Assembly (NCBI GenBank): GCA_963804645.1
Contig: CAWDRG010000013.1
Span: 23,982 to 87,981 of the forward strand
Length of the DNA stretch: 64,000 nucleotides
From: an uncultured Bacillota bacterium
Lineage (GTDB): Bacteria; Sysuimicrobiota; Sysuimicrobiia; Sysuimicrobiales; Segetimicrobiaceae
Direction: 5' to 3'
The first letter of the stretch is position 1; each line of letters opens with the position of its first letter. This document shows, in pieces, positions 57,751 to 64,000 of the stretch. Both the position numbers and the translations under genes were made by a program. Under the pieces are notes generated by a model, which made no database searches, was not told the origin of the DNA, and was given only the letters and a program-made list of their open reading frames with translations.

Positions 57751-59078
57751 CAGGCCGCGGAAAAAACGAGTTTATGGCTAATCATCGTGCCCGGTTCGGG
57801 AGTGATCATGTCAACTGACGCTCCTCAGATCTGCTTGCGTGAGTTCCGCGCGATCCGTGCAACGTCGATATCGCATCGAGGTGTGGCGTCCTCATGCGAC
57901 TGCCTGTTGGAGGTTGCGGATCCGGATCAGGTTGTAGATTGCACATGCGAACACGAACATCCAGTCTACCCGGTCGGTGCCTCGATGGTGCAGCTTGCGC
58001 ATCAGCCCGATGGTCTTCAGCCAACCGAAGATTTCTTCCACGCGTTTGCGGATGCGTTGGCTGATTTCATAGCCGGGGTGCCGCGTGGTCCGCAGATCAA
58101 CGGCACTGCGCCGTTTGCTGGTATTCTGGGCAATGTGCGGCGTGACGTCCAAGTCGCGCAGGGCTTGGACGAATTCCGGAGTGTCGAAGCCCTTGTCCGC
58201 GCCGACCGTCACGTGGCGCTGGCCGGCCACCTGCTCGAGCAGCTCTTCAGCGGTGTCCCGTTCCGCCGTGCCCGTCGCCGCGGTCGCCTGGGCCCGCACC
58301 ACCAAGCCATGGCGGTTCTCCATCAGCACGTGGCCCATATAGTACAACTTCGCTTCCCGTCCATTGCCCTTGCGATGCAAGCGCGCCTCGGGATCCGTCG
58401 TCGAGTGGTGCGTGGTATTGCTGCGGCGTTGGCCGTGAAAGTTGACGGTCGGGTTCCCCGGATCATCCGGGGGCGGCTGGTCGGTCGGGTCCTCGTCCTT
58501 GGGGCGAAAGCTTTTCAGGCCCGCCCATGCTTCGATGGGTGTCCCGTCGACGGTGAAGTGCTCCACCGACAGCAGGTCCCGTTCCCGCGCTTGGGCCACC
58601 ACGCGCGTGAAGAAGGCTTGCGCGATATCGCCATCCAGCAGCCGCTGGCGGTTCTTCGTGAACGTCGTCGGGTCCCAGACCGGCTCGTCCATGTTCAACC
58701 CGACGAACCAGCGAAACAGCAAATTGTAATCCAGTTGCTCCATCAATTGCCGCTCACTGCGCACCGTGTAGAGCACCTGCAACAACAAGGCCCGCAGCAG
58801 TTTCTCCGGCGGAATCGATGGGCGCCCAATCCGCGAATAGAGCTTGGCGAATGTGGGCGACAACTCATGCAGCACCTCGTCTACCATGCTACGGATCGCG
58901 CGCAACGGATGGTCCTGCGGGACGCGCGCTTCCGGGGAGACGTAGCTGAACATGCCTTCCTGCTGCCGATCGTCTCCGCGCATCGTGGCACCTCCAAGGG
59001 AGGAAGGTGAATGAGGGTGAGACGCGACGGAGCATCATTCTATATGAACACCAAAATACCTGCTTTTTCATCATCCTG
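57751..59078 (-). mobile_element. IS5-family insertion sequence
   Basis: IRs CAGGCCGCGGAAAAA / CAGGATGATGAAAAA; CTAG duplication at 57747-57750 and 59079-59082. Confidence 0.93.
57892..58983 (-). CDS. IS5-family transposase
   Basis: HPLRAIR, GRPSIPPEKLL, VDGT, ADKGFD, RKRVEEIFGW.K. Confidence 0.95.
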   Translation of the reverse strand: MRGDDRQQEGMFSYVSPEARVPQDHPLRAIRSMVDEVLHELSPTFAKLYSRIGRPSIPPEKLLRALLLQVLYTVRSERQLMEQLDYNLLFRWFVGLNMDEPVWDPTTFTKNRQRLLDGDIAQAFFTRVVAQARERDLLSVEHFTVDGTPIEAWAGLKSFRPKDEDPTDQPPPDDPGNPTVNFHGQRRSNTTHHSTTDPEARLHRKGNGREAKLYYMGHVLMENRHGLVVRAQATAATGTAERDTAEELLEQVAGQRHVTVGADKGFDTPEFVQALRDLDVTPHIAQNTSKRRSAVDLRTTRHPGYEISQRIRKRVEEIFGWLKTIGLMRKLHHRGTDRVDWMFVFACAIYNLIRIRNLQQAVA

Positions 59079-60266
59079 CTAGGGCGCCGCGGCGCCGAAC
59101 GCGTCCAGCCCGGTGATATCCCGGCCCAAAATTAGGGTGTGCACATCGTAGGTCCCCTCGTACGTGTCCACGGTCTCGAGATTCGCGGCGTGGCGCATCG
59201 CGTGATACTCGACCGTGATCCCATACCCGCCGAGGATCCCCCGCGCCTCGCGGGCGATCTCGAGCGCCATGCGGACGTTGTTGCGCTTCGCGAGGCTGAC
59301 CTGCGTGTAGCGCATCGTGCCCGCGTCCTTGAGCCGGCCGAGGTGATAGACGAGCAGCTGCGCCTTCGTGATCTCCGTCAGCATGTTGACGAGGCGCTCC
59401 TGAATGATCTGCGTGCCCGCGATCGGCCGGCCGAACGCGACCCGCCCGCGGGCGTAGGCCAGCGCCTCCTCGTAGCACGCGGTCGCCGCGCCCACCGCGC
59501 CCCACGCGATCCCGTAGCGGGCCTGCGTCAGGCAGCGGAGCGCCGCGCCGAGCCCGACCGCCTTCGGCAGCGCGGCGTCGTCCGGCACCTCCACGTCCTC
59601 GAGCACGAGCTCGCTCGTGACCGACGCCCGCATGGAGATCTTGGTGTGGATGTCGTGCGCGGTCAACCCCGGGGTCCGGGCGTCGACGAGAAAGCCCCGG
59701 ATCTCGTCCCGGTCGTCCTTCGCCCAGATCAGGGCAACGTCGGCCACGGAGCCGTTCGTGATCCACATCTTCGTCCCGTTGATCGTCCAGCCCCCGGCGC
59801 GGCGCCGGGCCCGCGTCTGCATCGCCGCCGGATCGCTCCCGGCGGTGGGCTCGGTCAATCCGAAGCAGCCGAGCTTCTCGCCGGCCGCCATCGCCGGCAG
59901 CCAGCGGCGGCGCTGCTCCTCGGTGCCGTACTCGTAGATCGGATACATGACGAGCGCGCCCTGCACCGACGCGAACGACCGCACCCCGCTGTCGCCGCGC
60001 TCCAGCTCGCGCATGATCAACCCGTAGGCGACGTTGTTCATGCCGGCGCAGCCGTACGCCTGCGGCAGATTCGCCCCGTACACCCGCAGCGCGCCGAGCG
60101 CGCCCACGAGATCTTTCGGCAGCTCCCCCGCGAGCCACGCCCGTCCGATCCGCGGAATGACGTCGCGGTCGACGAGCCGCGCGATCGTGTCGCGCGCCAG
60201 CCGCTCGTCGTCGCTCAGCAGGTCGTCGATCCCGAAGTAGTCCACGCGGTCGCCGCCAGTCGCCAT
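59079..60266 (-). CDS. acyl-CoA dehydrogenase (glutaryl-CoA dehydrogenase-like)
   Basis: ELERGDSG.RS, FGLTEP..GSDP, KMWITNG, TYEGT. Confidence 0.92.
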   Translation of the reverse strand: MATGGDRVDYFGIDDLLSDDERLARDTIARLVDRDVIPRIGRAWLAGELPKDLVGALGALRVYGANLPQAYGCAGMNNVAYGLIMRELERGDSGVRSFASVQGALVMYPIYEYGTEEQRRRWLPAMAAGEKLGCFGLTEPTAGSDPAAMQTRARRRAGGWTINGTKMWITNGSVADVALIWAKDDRDEIRGFLVDARTPGLTAHDIHTKISMRASVTSELVLEDVEVPDDAALPKAVGLGAALRCLTQARYGIAWGAVGAATACYEEALAYARGRVAFGRPIAGTQIIQERLVNMLTEITKAQLLVYHLGRLKDAGTMRYTQVSLAKRNNVRMALEIAREARGILGGYGITVEYHAMRHAANLETVDTYEGTYDVHTLILGRDITGLDAFGAAAP

Positions 60267-60368
60267 CGTGCCCCCTCCGCCCACCGACCCGCCGGCGACG
60301 CGCCGGCGGGTCGGCTGGATGCCCATAGCTTCCCCGCATGCCGAGACGGATCCTGTCGCCGCGTCCGT

Positions 60369-61871
60369 TCAGCGCGTCGGGGGCCGCAGTTCGTAGACGC
60401 GGGCGCCCCCATCGTCCTCCCGGGACGCGATCTGAAATCCCTTCACGAGCGCGTCGAGCCGCGCCGTCTCGCCGGCCGACTCCGACTGCGCGCGCACGAT
60501 CAGCCAGACCGTCGGATGGCCCGCGGCCTCGCGCCGGAACCACTCGGGGGTCGCATCCGCCGGGAGCAGCGTCCCGGCGAGGCGCGAATCCGTGACGTAG
60601 TACCCGAGTGCCGTGGCGGCATCCGGGGTCGCATCGACGACGAGGTCACCGGGGCGCACCTGACGCGCGAGCGACGCCGCGACGTCCCGCCAGCGCTCCG
60701 GACGCGCCGCGGGATCGAAGTAGAACGCGCCGAACGCCGGCAGGCCGTACAGGAGGAGCGCGGCGCTGACCGCCGCCGCGACCAGCCCCCGCGGCGCGCG
60801 GACGTGCGCGGCGATGTCGGCGACCCCCTGCGCGGCGAGGACCGCGCTGAACGGCAGGAGAAATGTGAACCACCGCGGGACGAACACGGGGTACGGGCGC
60901 GCGAGCGAGACCCCGAGCATGACCGCAAGCACCGCCGCGGGCGGCAGGACGACCAGCGCGCGGCGGTCCCCGCCGAGGGACGCGATGCCGCGCCACAGGA
61001 CGATCGCGAACGGGGCCAGCAGCACGATCCGCTCCGGGGCCGTCAGCAGGCTGGGCGTAAACATCGTCGCGGCGCCAAACAGGGATCCCCCGAAGGCGAG
61101 GAGGCCGAGGAAGTCGGCGACGCTCAGGTAGAGCGCCTGCGGGTACCACCCGAGGAACGGCGCGTGCACGAACTGGCCGTACGCGACGGGCAGCCACGGC
61201 ACGTAGGCCAGCGCGGCCGCCACGGCGCATGCGCACCAGGCCGCGGCGCGTCGCCGGCGGTACAGCATCATCCACAGGCCGTGCGCGGCGACGATCAGCA
61301 GGCCGAGGTAGTGCGTGTATACCAGGAGCGTGATGAGCACCGCGTAGCCCGCCCACGCCGCGGGACGGCCGGTCTCGGCGGCGCGGTCGAGCGCCACCGT
61401 CGACCACGTGGCCAGGAGGGCGAGCAGCGCGTACATCCGGGCGTCCTGGCTCATCATGACGCCGATCGGCGCCACCGCCACGAACAGCGCGGCAAGCAGG
61501 CCGGTCGTCGCTGGGACGACCCGGCGGGCCAGGGCCCACGTGACCGGGATCATCGCCGTGCCGAAGACCGCGGACGGGATCCTGAGCGCCGCTTCCCCGG
61601 TCCCCGCGGCGAGCGTCCACAGCCGCAGCAAGAGATAGTACAGCGGCGGGTGCGTGTCCGCTGCGATCAGCTGGAACCACCCGTGCCACGACGAGCGCAC
61701 GACGAGCGCGCTGAACGTCTCGTCGTACCACAGGCTGTGCTGCCCGAGGAGCGCGAAGCGGAGCAGCGCGCCGAGCGCGGTGATCCCCGTCAGGACCGCC
61801 GCCTCGGGGACGGCACGGCCCGCGGATGCGGCGCGGACCGACCCGCCCGGGGACCCCGCGACGCCGATCAT
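60369..61871 (-). CDS. GT39/PMT-like integral membrane glycosyltransferase
   Basis: SLWYDE, HPPLYY, LRIPS, SQDARMY, THY. Confidence 0.85.
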   Translation of the reverse strand: MIGVAGSPGGSVRAASAGRAVPEAAVLTGITALGALLRFALLGQHSLWYDETFSALVVRSSWHGWFQLIAADTHPPLYYLLLRLWTLAAGTGEAALRIPSAVFGTAMIPVTWALARRVVPATTGLLAALFVAVAPIGVMMSQDARMYALLALLATWSTVALDRAAETGRPAAWAGYAVLITLLVYTHYLGLLIVAAHGLWMMLYRRRRAAAWCACAVAAALAYVPWLPVAYGQFVHAPFLGWYPQALYLSVADFLGLLAFGGSLFGAATMFTPSLLTAPERIVLLAPFAIVLWRGIASLGGDRRALVVLPPAAVLAVMLGVSLARPYPVFVPRWFTFLLPFSAVLAAQGVADIAAHVRAPRGLVAAAVSAALLLYGLPAFGAFYFDPAARPERWRDVAASLARQVRPGDLVVDATPDAATALGYYVTDSRLAGTLLPADATPEWFRREAAGHPTVWLIVRAQSESAGETARLDALVKGFQIASREDDGGARVYELRPPTR

Positions 61872-62896
61872 GCCGCGGATCCGCCTCCGAGATCCACGAC
61901 GACGCGGGGCGCCGCGACCTCCCCGCGCTGCAGGCCCGGAAAGAGCTCCGGGAGATCGTCGAGCCGGCACGTGCGGCCGGCCAGCGGGGTCACGTCCACG
62001 CGGCGCGCGTTAATCAGCCGCACCGCGCGGCCGTACTCGCGCGCGGTATAGGCGTAGACGCCTGCGAGCGTGCGCTCGCGCGTCACCAGCTCGTGCAGCG
62101 GCAGCTCGACCCGCGGCGAGTCCACCCCGACGAGCGCGATGCGGCCGCCCACTGCGGCGAGCGCGAGCGCCGTGCGGAGGGTCTCGTCGCGCCCGACCGC
62201 GTCGACGATCCGTGGGATCGGACCCGCCTCGGCGACGATGCGGCTGACGACGTCGCCGTCGCGCGCGGACACGGCCACCCCGCCGAGCGCCTCGGCGAGC
62301 GCGAGCCGTTCGGGGACGACGTCCGTGATAAACACACGCCGGGCGCCCCGCCGCCGGCACGCGAGCAGCACGCAGAGCCCGATCGCCCCGGCCCCCAGCA
62401 CGGCGACGGTCTCGCCGCGGCGCACGCCCGCGACGGCCGCGGCGTGCATGCCGACCGCGAGCGGCTCGGCGAGCGCGCCCTGGGCAAACGTGGTCCCCCG
62501 CGCGAGCGGCACGCAGTTCGCGGCCGGGGCGACGACATACTCCGCGAAGCCGCCGGGCGTGTCCACGCCGATCAGCCGCCGCTGCGCGCAGCGCTGCGTC
62601 GCGCCGCGCCGGCATGCCTCACACACCCCGCAGGTCAGCATCGGGAACACGGCCACCCGCGCGCCGAGCCGTGGCCGCTCGACCCCCGCCCCGCGGACGG
62701 CGACGACGCCGGCGATCTCGTGGCCCATGACCAGCCCGGGCGCGCGCCGGCCGGTGCGCCCGGACGCACCGTGAATGTCGCTGCCGCAGATGCCCGCGGC
62801 GCGCACCGCCACGACGACCTCGCCGGGACCGGGCGCGGGCTCGCCACGCTCCTCGAGCACCAGCCGACCGGGTCCTTGATAGACCACTGCCTTCAC
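61868..62896 (-). CDS. zinc-dependent alcohol/polyol dehydrogenase
   Basis: GICGSD, GHE, CGVCEAC..C, GAGAIG. Confidence 0.92.
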   Translation of the reverse strand: MKAVVYQGPGRLVLEERGEPAPGPGEVVVAVRAAGICGSDIHGASGRTGRRAPGLVMGHEIAGVVAVRGAGVERPRLGARVAVFPMLTCGVCEACRRGATQRCAQRRLIGVDTPGGFAEYVVAPAANCVPLARGTTFAQGALAEPLAVGMHAAAVAGVRRGETVAVLGAGAIGLCVLLACRRRGARRVFITDVVPERLALAEALGGVAVSARDGDVVSRIVAEAGPIPRIVDAVGRDETLRTALALAAVGGRIALVGVDSPRVELPLHELVTRERTLAGVYAYTAREYGRAVRLINARRVDVTPLAGRTCRLDDLPELFPGLQRGEVAAPRVVVDLGGGSAA

Positions 62897-62930
62897 GGGG
62901 AGCCCTCCTCCCGCCGGAGCGCCCGCCGGA

Positions 62931-64000
62931 TCACCGGCGGGGCTCGGGGATGCCGCGCGCGCCCACCAGCGCCACCACCATCACGCCGATCAGGACGCTC
63001 CAACCGGCCGCGTACGACGTCGTGTCGATCAACCACCCGAACAGCGGCGGCGACGAGATCGTGGCCACGTACAGCACCGTCATGCTGACGCCCATCGCCG
63101 TCGCGCCGCGTGCCTGGCCGGCCAGCTCGGTGACAAGCGTGCTGTACAATCCGTTCCACCCAAGCAGCAGTGCTCCTCCCACGAGCGCGATCACGGCGAC
63201 TTCAAGCCACGCGGCGGGCGGGCGGAGACCAAGCAGCAGCAGCGGGAACACGGCGCCGGCGCCGACGCACGCGACGAACGCGGGGACGCGGCGGCCGCCG
63301 TAGCGCAGGTCGGACACGGCCCCCCACGCCAGGCGTCCCAGGATGCCCCCCAGGTTGACCATGATGAGGATCCCGGCCGCGACGCGCGGGCTCCACCCGA
63401 ACCGGTCCACGAGGAAGAGCGCGAGATAATCTTGATAGCAAAACTGCGCGATGACGAGCACGGTCGCGACCCACGTCACGCGCCACACGCCCGGCGTGCG
63501 CAGGATCTCCCAGATCCCGGCCGAGAACGCGCGCCGCGCGGTCGAGACGCTCTCCTCGCGAGGCGTCCCGCGCAGCCCCACCCAGCACAGCGCCCCGAAC
63601 GCCGCGCAGATCGCGGCGACGGCGCCGACGGCGGCCCGCCACCCGTACGCGGTCGCGAGCGGCGGAATCACCACCGCGGCGAGCAGGCCGCCGAGCGGCA
63701 GGCCTGACTGCCGGATGCCCATCGCGGTGCCGCGTCCTTCCGTGCGGAAGACCTGCGCCACGACTTTGTTGCCGGCGGTCTGCCCGCTGCCGTACCCAAG
63801 CCCGGCGACCGCGAGCACCGCGGCGAGCGGCCAAAAGCTGCGCGTCAGCACCGCTCCGGCGGTCGCCGCCGCGGTGAACAGCGCGCCCCCGGCCAGCACC
63901 GCCCGTTCGCCCCACCGGTCCGAGAACACCCCGATCGGGATAAACAGCAGCATGGCGCCGAGATCGAACGCCCCGAACAGGAGGCCGAGCTGTCCCAGCG
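62931..64000 (-). CDS. MFS transporter, 5'-partial at window edge
   Basis: DRWGER, RGTAMGIRQSG, GWR, WGAVSD. Confidence 0.88.
   Translation of the reverse strand, partial: LGQLGLLFGAFDLGAMLLFIPIGVFSDRWGERAVLAGGALFTAAATAGAVLTRSFWPLAAVLAVAGLGYGSGQTAGNKVVAQVFRTEGRGTAMGIRQSGLPLGGLLAAVVIPPLATAYGWRAAVGAVAAICAAFGALCWVGLRGTPREESVSTARRAFSAGIWEILRTPGVWRVTWVATVLVIAQFCYQDYLALFLVDRFGWSPRVAAGILIMVNLGGILGRLAWGAVSDLRYGGRRVPAFVACVGAGAVFPLLLLGLRPPAAWLEVAVIALVGGALLLGWNGLYSTLVTELAGQARGATAMGVSMTVLYVATISSPPLFGWLIDTTSYAAGWSVLIGVMVVALVGARGIPEPRR

Noticed and set aside
1-64000. Many long alternative-frame ORFs (e.g. 7375-10536, 21168-24257, 59139-62051)
   Set aside because: Shadow ORFs of GC-rich genes: Arg/Gly/Pro-rich, no motifs, and they overlap well-supported genes

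Overview
GC-rich chromosomal window, probably from a Terrabacteria-type organism (Firmicutes-like LexA box GAAC-N4-GTT, MutH-independent MutL, dapL). Sysuimicrobiota/Armatimonadota is only a guess. A housekeeping core (lexA, hflX, dapL, miaA, mutS, mutL, miaB) is surrounded by ABC/MFS transporter and hydrolase/oxidoreductase operons. The most striking structure is at 26.8-32.3 kb. Three IS elements (two diverged copies of a two-gene DUF6788-like + DDE transposase element, then an IS256) are stacked head-to-tail. Each is delimited by a duplication of the same (G)TTCGGCGA(A) target, which overlaps the first half-site of the lexA SOS box. Other notable items: a HEPN-motif protein with Arg-rich disordered arms directly upstream of miaA; a full-length LigD-type ligase lacking its catalytic lysine; an ISAzo13 internal fragment lodged in the terminal repeat of another IS; a decaying higBA pair; and an IS5 inserted at a stop codon. 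No tRNA, rRNA or CRISPR array was seen. Three single-G indels suggest long-read assembly errors.
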